DNA from: Pavona decussata
Taxonomy: Eukaryota
Direction of reading: 5' to 3'
Length of the DNA stretch: 64,000 nucleotides
NCBI GenBank assembly: GCA_977016875.1
Contig: CDRNST010000219.1
Span: 434,001-498,000 of the forward strand
Shown here in pieces: positions 36,696-50,952 of this stretch. The number at the start of each line of letters is the position of its first letter. Positions within the stretch are counted from its first letter, which is position 1. The position numbers and the translations under genes are program-made. Under the pieces are notes generated by a model that saw only the letters and a list, made by a program, of their open reading frames with translations, searched no databases and had not been told where the DNA came from.

Positions 36696-39600
36696 CTCTG
36701 CCTTTAGAGTGAAAATGTAATTGATTCTCCGAAATAATTTAATCATAATTTTCAGTGAAGCTGTGAAGTTTATTTTATTTATCACAAAACATAACAAAAT
36801 AACTAAAATACATGGTTACATAAAAGAAAGAAAGTGGTGAGGAAGCCTAAAGGGAAACCATAAGGGTTTCTCAAAATACAACAGAGAATATATCAGGGCA
36901 TTTGTTAGGAGAATTCAATCTTGTTAGAGTTGCATTATCTGGTAAATTTGAAGACCGAAGTTTAATTACATATCTTGCTCAGAGGAAACTCAGCAATATT
37001 TTTGATTTTATGAAATGGCAAATTTCAAATGATGAAACAGCGTTGAAGAATTCACATCAGATGACTAAAGACGGGACAGGAATAAGCTGTTCTCAAGTTA
37101 TTGGTTACAACATAGAAATTAAGTTCGACTGAACGTTAGGGCATGAGTGCTGTATCACCAAGAAAGAATATAGAGTGGTGTTAGGTAAGAAAAATTTCAT
37201 CCACACACCACCTTGTGTTGTGTGATAAACTGTACTGCAGAAAGGTAGTGCTAAATACAGTAGCCTTGAATTTAATAGGCACACTTTAGGATTTGAAACA
37301 CAGATTCATTACAAAGTGACCATAACAGTACTTAGCATCATAGAAAACACCACAGTACTATTCAGCAACCCTTGAAATAGCTTCCTGTGGTTTGAGGTTT
37401 CATTCAATAACTAAATACGAAAATTGACAAATCAAAGTGAAATCAAAATGTTCACGGTTTATTATTCATACTGTAACAACAACAACAAAAAAAACTCTAA
37501 AGATATTACTTTACCAATTTGCCGTTATCTAAAATTATAGCTGTATTTATTTTGATTTTGAATACTGAACTTTTGATTGAAAATGATATTTTACTTGGAA
37601 AGAATTTCAGATTATTTATTATTTAAACGAACAAGAGGACAAAATTGAAGATATTGAAGGCATTTGAATGACATATATATAGTGAAGTGCACAGTACTAT
37701 ATGATAGTAGATTGTATTAATAACAATATTATTTATCCCAGGCATTGGTACACTTAGAAAAGCAATTGAATAGTATGTTTGCAAGTAGAGATTTAAATAA
37801 ATTGTCATATCATCGAAAAGACGTGTTGTTACTGATGTGTATGTCGGCTTTTACAGCAATGTTCAAATAGTTATTTTAACTCCGAAACCCGGGTTTTAAA
37901 ATTTTGGCTAAAAAGGATGACTTTTTATGAACTCTGGAGTTCAAATTCAAAGGATTATAGTACCTCCACTACTTAAATAAAAATTATTTTTTTCTCTTTT
38001 CTTAGCTAATTTACTTCCTCTGCAGTAGAAAATAATTCCTTTTAAAGTTATAATTATAACTCTAAATAAAGCAAACCTGTGTGCGCAATTACATCAGTCA
38101 TGATGGCATAACATTGGAGAAAAGTGATAATTATACAAATAAATGCCCATTAGAGAGCGATTTTCAATTAGCTAAACTTCACTTGAGTCAGTTTAAACTG
38201 TTTGAAAATTACAGTGGTCTTTAATTTATGACATTTACCAACATCGTTCATATCTGTAGGTCTGTTATTCCCAGGGTATTTGGTTTGTTCGATTCAGAAT
38301 GACACTAACTCTGCAAGAAGACTCTAGACTCTCAGATCTCGGAGACTTCTGTTGGAGTACTTCCCTCGGTTTTCTCACTGTGTTGATAACAATGACTTGT
38401 AACACCGAAACCTGTTTTACTTGGCGCTAAGGGTAGGATATATCATCCACACACACAGTACTAGTTGAACTTGAGACAAGTGTTCCAACTTAGCTCATTG
38501 TGTCTAAAGTTGTATCTACAAAAACTGTTGATATAACTACTTGTATAGCGTATATGATTTACTGTTGAAACGGCGAAGTTCATCACTCGAAATGTTACCC
38601 TTTTCTTCAGCACGGACATGAACGTTTTCAAGAATAAATCTATCTAAAAGAGCCAAACCCAGATATAAATACAATAGATTTGAGCTATGATTTCGTAAAG
38701 AAATTACTCTAGCTTCCATAAAAAGAAAAAAGAAAAATTAAATACTTATTAGTAGCCGAAGTAAAGAACAATGAAATCCTGAGCTACCCAGTCTGCGCCC
38801 CTCTACTAAAGAAACTACTAGAAATTGAACATTATCTGAAGAAACATTTCGAGGCCAGGAGAGTCCTTGCACAAATAAATGAATACTTCATAGTGAATTG
38901 CGTATAAAGATGACATTAATTTGGACTCATACCTCACATGAAAAGAACATCTTGTCCCGAGGGGGAATCGAGCCCACTTGTCCCCGGTTACTTGTCAGGT
39001 GTTGTACTCTACTCTATCGGAGCAACCACCTTGTCATTACTCTGGCGGGAAGACTTCAAGAGGAACAGTTCTCTTATTTGAAACAGGTTGATGTGATCAG
39101 CACCTATCACTCAACCCCCCCACCCCCCTCCTCCCTCCAAAAAGTATGTTGTTGAGAAGTTTCCGTGATCACTCAAGATTTTATGACAGCCATTAGGGAA
39201 GCGTTGTAAATGCCATCGCTCTTCAGTAAGTATTTATAAAACCTTATTAGACAGACATAAGGTTTTAAGGGTCGGAAATAATTTACTCACAGACACCAAA
39301 AAGCCAACTCTAGTGCTTGTAGGTTCAAGTTGTCTTTTGTTTTAATTGAACTAATTAAGCCTGTGGCCACCTCGAAGGCTATCACGTTTTTATGAAGGAA
39401 ACGGATTCAATGCATACTCACGCCAACACATCACGAAAATATAAACTTATGGGTAATGGCTAAATATGAAACCACCTTTGTTTTTTGTTTGCGTGTATGT
39501 GTCAAATAGGTTTCCTTGACTGAAGTACTCTATTTTGTTTCATTATTTTTTACCGTAAAAAAGTTACTTAGCACGATGTTTCTCCCTTGTTAGTTTCGTC

Positions 39601-42600
39601 GACTTTCTTTCTCTTCGTTCTCTTACCATTTCTTAAATTTACGTGATGTTAATAGATGCGTCCTTAGGTATTTAGTGATGTTTTTATTTTCTCAGTATTC
39701 TTTGTTTTCTGCCTGCCTGATTACGGTGATTATAGCTGAGAACATGTTCTATGGCGTCAATATAGATTAAGTTAAGTCATGCAACCTCAATTCATTTGAT
39801 CAATGTACCAAACAGTCTTCAAATAAATGCTTATGTCAAAACAACAGGGAATAGGCAGAACAATCATCAAAGAAACGAAATTAAACGATAAAAAGACAAA
39901 GTTGATTGAAACAGAGTTCTCGTGTAGGTGACTAAATCGTGACTTGGTGAAACTATTTAACACAATGAAACAACCCACGCCGCAATTAACAGAACAACAG
40001 CCGCATAACTTTGAGTCAATTTAGAATGCTTTACATTAGATGACTAATTACATCAGTTAAAGAGCTCTTAGTAATCTTCGTTGGCGTGCGTGACTTTTTC
40101 ACAGCATTTTAGCTGAAGTGGCAATTACAGCCACGGTATTTGAAAATTGTGGCAAATTAGGCTGCTCTCCTGGCAGTGGGTCAACGACTGACATGGAAAA
40201 GTTACTAATGAGGCATTTAAAAATTGTGCTAAATCATGGCGCAATTGGTCTCAGCTAATTGACCTGTGGAATTTTGACAAAATGTTTACTCTTCGTAAGG
40301 TGCGCACTCACTTATATAATTACCTATATCATCTGATTAACGTCTTGATTACTACTCCGTGTCAGCAGATAATATTTAGACGCTTCTGTAACATCGAGAC
40401 AAGACAAAACATTTGAAAACAACAAAGTTTTGTAAGTGAAAAATTGCTTCTATCGAATCAACGATGACGTGACTTTTTGACGGCAAACACGTGCGTGACA
40501 TCACATAATCTTCAGAAAATTTTATAAATTCTCAGGATTTTTTAAGGCAAGGGCCATTTTTACATTCTACGCATACTTTACATTTAGTTTAATTGTTTAA
40601 AAGCACTCAAATCACAGAAAAAACTTTTATAAGTGATTATTTATCGTGTTTTTTGGAACAGTAAATATGAATTCCACAACACGAACTTTAATATCTCCAT
40701 TGGTGCTTGTGGCTTGCTGGAAGATGTAAAATATTGGAGACGGTATACGGGATCATTAATTCATGATAATGTTATCTATTCTTCCTTTAAAGGGTATTCT
40801 GCATGTGTCATGAAATACAAACCATAGTATTTACATTCTGATTTTCTCATTGATTCGACACTAACATTTTAAGCAGAGAATACACTTCGTTTTTGCCAAA
40901 TATGGAAAAACCAGCGAAGCGAAAGTGTTTCAATTTTATTTTAATTTGACACAAAAATGGTACAAAAGGTAGTCAGTTGAAAAAAAAATTAATAGAAAAT
41001 CTTATCTCCAATATATTGTGTTCTACATTTCTACATGTATTGATCAATCGTTTTGTGATTTATCGACAGTCAGTGTGAATATATTATACACGTATCTGCT
41101 AATCTAGGGTGCAGCTAAGTGCATTTATCATGTTTTCTTGATAAGGGTTGAAACCTAGACTGGTCTAGAATCTCTGATTATTTGTCTTAAAATGAATACA
41201 ACAAGGATAGGAGAAAATTTAGAACTGATATAGTTTCTTGATCGCCAATTTTAAAGACTCATAGTGAGGTTGGAAGAAATGAGACTTGTTTTTTCTTGTT
41301 CGGTGAAATGTTCACAACATCGGAAGACCAATTTTCTCATTGGAAACTCGTAATATGTTTTCCATCTAATGTGTTTCGTGACGTTAGATGCTGCTACACT
41401 TTTGTCGTAGAATTTTCCATACAATTCGTGCTTTGATTTTATCACAAGGGGCTTAAAAGCAATCAGGCCGATCTTCAAAATAGCATGAGCATTAAATTGT
41501 CGAGATACCTCAGGAAATTAAAATTCTGCAAGAGGAACGAATCTGTATGATTTTAAGACCGTGAGTTTTCCTCAGGCTCACAAATACTACTACCATATAG
41601 TATGATCAGCAACTGCTCACAACATTTTAAGGGAAGACGTAACTGCTGCAAAGACTGACATTTTTTCAAGTTTATTTCAATTCAAAAAAATCCTACCTAA
41701 TTATAATATTAAGGCACGATAATAATCTGCATATTCTTTATCAATTTATTCGTCGAAATTTTCTCTTTCTCTACTTTTTAAGTACAAAATCGTTACATCG
41801 TCAGTAAAAATATAATCAGCATTCTTTCAGAAAACACTTAAAAAACCATCAGCAGTTTGATTATGGACAAAAACATCAAGAAAATGACAATAACTGTCTT
41901 ATTCCATCGGAATAAAATTATCGCTTCCATTTTGAAATACCGTCAATACGAGGGTCATAATGGTGTTGGTGCAGGATGATGGGAGCATGAAATGTAAACA
42001 TTCTGCAGGCCCTATGCGCAGCCCCACGTCTTTCTCAGACGACTGTGTGTGAATTTAGCATAACTTCTCTGTGAAATTGCAAAAAATTCAGAAATAGAAA
42101 ACAATAGACATGCGGTGTGTGGCTTTAAGTTTTCTCCAAGCGTGGTCAGCTGTGATTTTCTAACTATTTTTATGGCAAAAATATAAAGTCAATGAAATTC
42201 GTATCTGAGTGATCCGGAAAGTGGAACTTCAGCGTGACCGAATATCTCTCTAATTTAACCCCATTAGGACCCTAAAAGTATTACTAAACTATTGGTGTAT
42301 TTTTCGATTTATTTATTTATTTTTTTTTTTTTGTAATTTCCAAACAAATAGTTTGAGATACTCAAATACACCTGCCTTAAAACTTGGATAACTGTTTGAC
42401 AGTCCTTCAGTTTTATTTACTTCCTTTAAATAATAAATAATCTTTCTGCATTTGATTCTTTAAAATCAGCTTTGTCAATTATTAAATTGAATAAATAAAT
42501 CTGAACATGTGAGCAATAAATATCTAGACATCTAAATTATCAAAATATATTCTGCGCTTTATGTTCGTCGTTGGAAAGACCGACAAGATATCTGAAATAA

Positions 42601-42640
42601 ATTAATATTAATTAACATTCATAGCCTTCGCGAAGTGTCT

Positions 42641-42856
42641 TTATAAGGCTTCTCTAGCCAGCATAACAGAAAGCAGAGTTGTTCTATGATGTCTTGTAGT
42701 TTTCTTGCCATTTTTCATGTGTCCTGTCTTCCTCATAGATAGAAAGTGTAGCTGTCGGTGGTTTTGTTTAACTGTGAAGTATTTGTTGGAGGCAAATGTT
42801 TGAAATCCGCTGGGTTCATGAGTTTCTTGAAATACCGTTTCGTCAGTTGGATGTTC
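42641..42856 (-). CDS. FGF-C last coding exon
   Basis: EHPTDETVFQETHEPSGFQTFASNKYF...FLSMRKTGHMKNGKKT...*; CAG acceptor. Confidence 0.9.
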   Translation of the reverse strand, partial: EHPTDETVFQETHEPSGFQTFASNKYFTVKQNHRQLHFLSMRKTGHMKNGKKTTRHHRTTLLSVMLAREAL

Positions 42857-43800
42857 CTGCCAATAAATAAACAAACAACATTATAAGTATGAAATATTGG
42901 CAAGCAAAGCGTATCTATTGTACATGGAGTGAACGAGAAAATTAAAGTTCTCTACTGTGCCGAGGCTGTGATTTTTATTTTCAGGAATTTACAACGAATA
43001 TAGGTTGCGTTTCGTTGAACGCATTTCGAATCAAATACTTTTGTCACATGACAATAGATTTAACGCCGTAATTAATCATGCAGTTAATTTTCTTTCAATT
43101 TTCGTTTCATTTTGGTCTATTAACGACGCCTTCAATAAACAAGGTGGAATTGTTACCAAATTAACGTAAGAATATTAACGTGGGAAGCAATATTCGCCCC
43201 AGAGAACCATCGCACATTACACGAATCTCACCAAAAAAAATATCATGCATATTTGGTGGCTTCAAAAACGAACACTAAATTTTGGCTTCAGCTTACAAAT
43301 GAAGAGGAAAAAAGAGAAAGTTTCAACTGAAATTCCACTTGGCAGCTTTCTGACAGAATGGATAAACTGTTTTTCGTTTTGCGGCAGTCGAAATAATTTT
43401 CAGTTGAAGGAATGTCATTGAATATATGATCATTAGACATTTTACCAATTATTAGCGGCGTCTCAGCAAGCTAACATAGGAAAAGGTTAATTTGTTGACC
43501 CTCTTGATGCACTCAAGTTTTTCACTTAGTCTGTGGTATCAATTAAAACATCAGCCTCTTTACTCCGCTCTGAGCACTAAATCAGCTGGTCACTTGCCAA
43601 TGTTTGCTTTAAAGAAAACACTTCAATTGTTGACGAAACTTTTTTAGAACATTGTATCCCTTTGCATAAGCTGAAGAAAGATCCAATATTTGCTTGAATG
43701 AAGGTAGCAGGAGAAATAATATTTGATCTGCAGTTTGCATGGAATGCATTTATTTATTTCGGCCAAAGCATGAAAACAAACACCTCAGTTTTGTTCTTAC

Positions 43801-43904
43801 CGTGGTGAAGACTTTTCCGTTGGAAGCCATGGCGACGTATAGACAATGTTGTGGGCTATAAATTCGAACTAGACTTCTTCCGACAGAGCGTAACTGAAGC
43901 TTGA
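43801..43904 (-). CDS. FGF-C middle exon (104 nt)
   Basis: IKLQLRSVGRSLVRIYSPQHCLYVAMASNGKVFTT; TTGCAG acceptor, GTAAG donor. Confidence 0.93.
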
Positions 43905-44230
43905 CTGCAACCAATAATCATTGACATTACAATTAATAAATGAAGGCAATTACTAAGCTTTTTTAGGCACACAAGGGCAAGCGAATGAAGCTTGTAATTA
44001 CATTCAAACAACCAAAGCTTTTGTCAGTATTGACTCTCAAAACAGTCTGGAGGCTAATTGTCCCACCACAATGCATTGACAAATACAAAGACACATCTTT
44101 AAGTCATAAATCCCAGTCTTATTGCCTTATATTGTAATGGAACTCAAAACATGGATATGTGACTCATTGTGAGCAGTGTTATTGAGGCATAAATATTTCA
44201 ACGCAAGTAAAGCGAAACATGCTGACTTAC

Positions 44231-44531
44231 TGTCGGAGCTACGCGCATCTGACGTTCCGTTGATCTCGCCGTTGTCGTAAACAGCCAAAAACCAGCCATT
44301 TTTGTAGCAAAGAGAAACATCTGAAGCTGCAGTGTGTCCTGAGTTATGATTGCAGGGACGCGACCTTGCTGAGGGCGATATCGTTGGTTTTGCATGTCTC
44401 CGTTGTCTTTGAAGAATTCTTCTTAACCCTGTATGAACTGGCTGGGCTCCGGAGAGAGTGATTACGCTCATTAAAAGGAAAGCTGTCTGAATACCCTGAA
44501 ACGCAAGCGATACAAGTTGCATGAAAAACAT
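44231..44531 (-). CDS. FGF-C first coding exon (protein ~206 aa)
   Basis: Hydrophobic leader, RQRR, SDVSLCYKNGWFLAVYDNGEINGT; donor A|GTAAGT, phase 1. Confidence 0.88.
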
Positions 44532-47500
44532 ATCCTTCTACTTTTTCGAGGCGTGACAAATTTTTGATGCCTCGATGATCTTCTTTTATTATAACTCTTG
44601 TTTTATTTTTGGAGCCATTTCCTACAATAAAGAGCACCTCTTTATGTCTTTACGGATCACAGCTCATTCACTTAACTTGACGCTCCCGTCTCAATATCAA
44701 ATTAAAAACTCTCCTTAGTTCGTTTCACACATTAGCATAATACGCCGTGGGAGATTTTACTCGTAAACAAAGAAGAATGTGAAGAGAATCTAGGAGACGA
44801 TCTTTGTTCAAATGTCTAAATTTTGTACCAAAACGAGTCCATTTCCGCATTTTTATATTTTTGAAAGAAACGGTTAGCAATCTTAGGTGATAACTTGAAC
44901 TGTGCTAATTTGCAAAGTTAGCTGTTCCAAAAATAGCCTTTTAAGCAATTTTTAAGGAAAGTTTTTAATTAACTAGTTTAATTGGCCCAGGTTGTTGGCG
45001 AGGGAAGTTCCCTAATGAGCTTAAAACAGCGATTACAAGTCTGATGATGAAAGAATATCCAACACGCACAAGTCGGAACAAGTTAAATATTAAGAAACAC
45101 TTTCAAAGCCTTCAAAATCTACGAGGATCTTATAAACTTGATATTGGTTGTATACCACAAATAATAGGCTGCTTTAAATCGGAGCGATGACTTATCGTTT
45201 TCAGTTTTCGTTGAGTCTTGGTAAATTGAAAATCCGTATAATCAGCAAAAATATTACAATAACTTTCGTCTTCAAATGTTATGAAGAAGTTAAGGCCATT
45301 GGAAGAAAATTATTTTCATATTCAAATTAAACTCTACAAAAATGAAACTAGGTTTAAACTGTCTCTCTAAGTGTCACGCAGGATCATTAAAATTCTGAAG
45401 TATTAAAAAAAATCCAAAGATTTTTACCTTCAATAAACTCATTTTGAATTCCTTCTGTCTCTGCAAAGCTGTTATCTTCAGTTTTGAAAACCTGTGTTCG
45501 TCGGCAGAAGCAAACTTTGGGGGATTTATTTCTGTTTGCAAATTCACTCACTGACTAGCTCTTCGCGTGTCAAGATATCGCTATTAATAATATTCTTAGG
45601 CAACGTATGCCTCTTTATATATTTTCGGGGGTTTCCGGAGCAACCTAAAGTAACAAAGACGACGACGAAAATGACGTAATTGTTTAACTTTCTTTTGAAT
45701 TTTCCGCCATTTCATCACAGACTTGGAATGTACAACGAAATTTCCAGCTTAAAATTCGCGACAATGAAACTTCCTACAGATACAAAGAAACAGAAAAAGG
45801 GAAGCAAGCCACAAAATGCCTTCCTTTAGCTACCTACGCGCTGATTCCTGTCAATAAGTACTCACAAGCTTGGCCTGTTCTGATGAAATCAACTCATAGG
45901 CCGTCCCATGGGAAACTCTCTAAAACGGATATATCGACAGCACAGGTTTTACGTTTTCAAATGCTTTTACCTTGTATGGTGGACTAAAATTGCGGACGTA
46001 TGCTTAGGTCTGCACAAGTGGAAACTGTTTTTAACTTATTCATCTTCAGCAATATCACGGCAAGGCATTGTACAAGAATAGAGCACGCTTCAGTGAACTT
46101 AAATGGCGCGCCACAGTATTTGACGGAGAAATAACTTTTGCGAGGTTTTGTATTTACATGGGAACAATTAAGAGCATTTTGTACACATTTCGTCGCATTT
46201 GCTATGATCGCCTATTGAGATATACAAACCCCTGTGTTGTTTTCTCTTCAGAGCTTTCGGAAATACCTTGTTTGCTATACCTTACACCACGAGAACTTGT
46301 TAGTGCTAGTGCACGCGAGGCGATATTTTTACGAATTCTTGCTGCAAAATTATATTGCGCTACAACTCTCGCAGACTGAATCTCTCATGACAGCTAAGTG
46401 AACAGAACAACTAAGCTGTCCTTGAGACTCTTAACATTATCGCCAGATCGACATTGCGGACTTGCGTGTGTTGTTTACGATTTTTTGCAAGGAAAACTAA
46501 CTCAGTAAGGATCCTGATTTCAAGCTACGGTACTTCCTATGCACCACACGTGCAAGAAATGACGTTGAATACACTGAATTGCTGTATTTCCGAACAGAGT
46601 AAGGGCATGAACAAGCCTGTATATCGCATGCCTAACCTATTTCAAAGGACATTATATATTCCGTAAGCGGGGCGTCTAAATACAGCAGTTACAGGAATTT
46701 CTGTCGTAAAATAGACCCAAACTAAGTGCCAAAGAGCCAAACGTAAGTACTGAACAACTGCTTTTGGACGTTTTTACAAAGCATGGTCGTAAAAATTCCA
46801 CAATAAGTATGTACTTTTCTAAGAACTCGCATTGAAAGCGGATTCTCATACTATTTCCACCCACGGTGCTGACTGCGGTGGATTTAACCTTCCGTTTTCT
46901 TTTAGCCAATGTCTTAGGCTTAGTTCCGGCGGTTTTCTCTCTCAGATTTAACCTGTGGGTGCTGAAGGTTATTTGTTTATATCTTTTAATCCTTCCCGTG
47001 AAAGATTTACGTTTTCTGAGTTAAGCTGAAAGTACAATATCGCCTCAAGGATACTTCATCATGGTCTGCAACAATGCATGTCGGTACGGCCTGAATAAAA
47101 CGAATATACCAACGCTGCACCGCCGAGAATTAATCATATCATACCGAAAATAGTGATATCCAGTTTAGTTATATTGTTAGACAATGTCAGTGAGTAAGTG
47201 TCATTCTTGGAGTGTACGGTAGAAGTAGCTAGAACTGGCCGCGCGGAAAATGCCAAAGAAGCGGGTAAATGTTTTAAGATTAGGCATGTTATGCAAAGAA
47301 TTCAATGAGTCCTTAGGTTTATGCATAAAAACAAAAAAGTTCAAATTGGACGTGTTCTTTGAATGTAAACTTCATTTTAATCCGTCAGGAGTGTTTGTTA
47401 TGCCTAAGTCTTGATCAAATAAAAATTTTAGACACACATGTGTACAAACAAACGGCAAATTTAGTACAATGCGTAACAACTCGATAGATGCGTAACAACT

Positions 47501-50500
47501 CGATAGAAGTTGTTAAGTAAAATCACAAAATGGGCACGTGTGGAGTTCGACACACCCAGATGAACTGTTAATCTCTCACTTCCGTTTATTTGTTTCAAGT
47601 CTGTAGTCAAAAGAAATTTCTTTTGGAAAGAGAAACAATTCCCTTCACACCTTTGACCCTCCGACCACGAAAATTCAGACAATGTCTTTCAATTCGTGAT
47701 TCCAATTTCGTTTTTGATATCATCTGGTTAAATTTACGTCACCTTTTGATTTTTTAAATAGTTATGATTTTCCCGCCCCGCCAGTTAATCTATAAAAAAA
47801 TTTCCCACACGAATCTTTAAACACTTAAGTGATTTCACCCTTGAGCTAACATCAGGAGACTCGACGACATTTGAAAACCAAAAATAAATAATAGGCACGC
47901 GGAAAAAGGAAACCAATTAGTGTCAGGAACTTTCTCAGACATATACGCAACTTAATGTCTGTAACTAATATTACCAGATATACTAGATAATAAAAATTAT
48001 CAACTGTTGCGCAACCAAAGAAGTAGTGGAGAGTTAACTCTGAAGAAACAGCTCGCCTGCTACTAAGTCACGTGCCCGCACTTTAAGTGTGATTATGGAG
48101 TCCTTCACCAGATGTCAAAGCTTTTCATAAAACTCAAAGTGTTTATCGCGGATTTTAATGTATTATCCAATAACTTTCTCTGACTTGTCTCTGTCTAAAT
48201 CAGCGTCTTGCGCATGATCACAAATAACCATAAGCTCCTACAGGCAGGCCGTCTAGTTTGTTTCACGCGCGCCGCGAAGGCACACGCGCGAAGATGGCCG
48301 GTTAAAACTCGCGCGAAACAAACTAGAGTACCTGCCGTTATAACCAGGCAAACACGATGGCGTAAATTACTCTCCACTGAAGAAACATTCCTAAATCATT
48401 CCCTGCCGGATCAGATGCTGCTTCTTCCAAAATTGAAGGCATTGATGCCAAAGTTGGATGGCGATTTTGCCTAAAAAAATCAAAACTTGTAAAACTTGGT
48501 CTCTTTCACGTCAGCCTGTACTCGTGCGTTTTAGAATCGAGTTAAGAATTAAAATTTTCAGCAAGAGTAGTAATAAGCGGGATGCACTTTCAGCTAACTT
48601 GACAACACAAATATTAACATAACGTAACGTTTGCTACAAGTGTGAGAGTCGTTTCGCAGTCGGTCTGAGACTGAAAGGGATATAGATTTTAACCGTTTCG
48701 GTCTGAAACTTTGAAAATGGGTATGGATTCAGTATAGACCAGATCTGAAAATACGTCTGAATTTTAGAGGCCATGTCTGACAAAAAGGTAGCGAAAAGTT
48801 CCATATTTTGGTCCTGGAACGGGCAGGGTTTGAAGACCATATCCGTACACCCCTACCCGGCAAAAATTCCGAAGAATATTCACCGGGCATATTTTACAAG
48901 CCAGATATTACTTCTGATACCCACTGTGTTCTTGTCCCCGTTTGCATCAAAGAAAACTCGAATTTATGTAAACTAGGAGGGTAAAACAAAGGGTAGAGAC
49001 CAAGCTAAAATACGAATAAAGAACTTGTTGGATCAGGTTTCACACACCTACTCAAAAACTTTACCCACAAGAGTCAGGACGACGCGTTTACACACGACAC
49101 CGTGTCGGCCCGTTTCCTGAAAATTGGGCGTATCTCCGAAAAAATTGCAATGCGATAAAATCTTCTGTATCGGACCGAATTTTTAATTCTTATCAAACGG
49201 CCGTAAATCTTTCGGCGACAGACATTTACGGTCCGCGCTGTGGCATCTTCGTGCCGACAAATCGGAGCGACAAATTGCGCTGACTAATAGCAGATTGCCT
49301 GAACTGAAAAATGCTAATTTAAGTGCTCCGATCCATCTAAAATTTGTGTCAAGAGTGACCACAGTTGCGAAAGATATCGTTAAATTTAGTAGTGTGGCTA
49401 ATTCTTCACGAGGAAAAATCACTAAGATGGAACCATATTTCACGCGTGATTCAGGCCTAATTCAAGGAGTGGACCAAAAAAAAGGGCTTGAACAAAAGAT
49501 AAATAATTATTTCTTTTACCTCGGTATAAAGTTTAGTGTATTCGAATCGGATATTAGATATCAACTGATAATGGTTTCATTTTTGACAAAAATTTACAAC
49601 CCTTTTTTTTTGCTCTTTCTTGAATGTTCGTGAGTTTAAAACGGTAATAAATCGATTAACAGTTTCCCACACAAATCGTTGAGCACTTAATTGATTTCAC
49701 CCACGAGAACACTTAAAAAACTCGTTTGATAAAGTTGTAACTTTGCCATGGTCAGAGCAGACTGCGTGGGATGTAAGCATCAAGTTCTCTTGGCAGACTT
49801 GGCATGGGGGTCCCGAAAGGAACTCTTTGTGCTAACGTGGCGATTAAAACGCGGTGACATACACGGATTTCAAATCATCAAAAATATCTTGCCTGTATTA
49901 AGAATCCTTACGCACATATTTATTAACATTTTTGACATGCCAAAAAAAAAATAATAATAATAATAATAAAAAAAGAAAAGAATTGTCGGCATACATGCCA
50001 ACTCGGGGAGGAGTACAATAGCGACGAATTCACACGTACGCACGAAGCCCTGTCGAGGAAGTCTGCTTTGTCGGTAAAGCAGACGGGAACCACAAACTAT
50101 ATCGACTATACTTGAGACATACGTAAAACGTTAGAAATCGAAGACAATATAGAAGCACTTATGAAGCAAATTTCTAGGTCATTGCTGAAACGTGAGTATG
50201 CAAAATGCATAGGGTCGCTCACGGGAAACTGCTTTGTCAGAATTTCCTTTAAATTAGGATATGACATCTTTCTTATTGTGACCAACTTTTCAAGCGTGTT
50301 GTAAATATTAATTCTTATGACCTCGATAGAAATTATGGCACGCTTCTGTATAATTCTGCAGAGGTAGCGGTTTTTGGTAGTATGATGGATTATCAGACAG
50401 CCTAACTAATGTACATTTTTAGCTTCTTGTTAACCACTCAGTTTATGCATACAAATTTCACTTTAGACGCCCTTAAAACGCTGTATATGATATCGATTTA

Positions 50501-50872
50501 TATAACTAACTTTACTATGGCAAAAAAAACCCTCTCAAATTATAAAGCCCCAAGCGAGTTAATCAGCTCTGTTTAACACCGGCAGCGGCCATAACGCCAT
50601 AGCACCATACCAGAGCTGAGGGTGCTATCGATTGACCTTGATGTCGGCTAGACTAAAAACAAGAATACGAAATATATCTTCAATCTTCAAGAGTTATCCT
50701 GAGGCCTCAAAGTTAAAATTGGTTTTTGACATTAAGTTAATAGTATAACAAGAACATTCTGTCCAAACATAAGCCAGGATACAGTCTATTGAGTACACTC
50801 TATGGTAACGCATTTTACGGTGACGTAGCGGAATATGCGCAGTGTGTTATTCGGTCTTGTATATGTATGCAT

Positions 50873-50952
50873 CACCCTCGTTCCCAGGGTCTCGATATTT
50901 AAAATGGCGCCATCGGTGATTTCAGCGCCGGAAAGCCCTGGGGACGAGGTTG
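50873..50952. mobile_element. Short Academ-like MITE
   Basis: CACCCTCGTTCCCAGGG...CCCTGGGGACGAGGTTG inverted ends. Confidence 0.6.
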
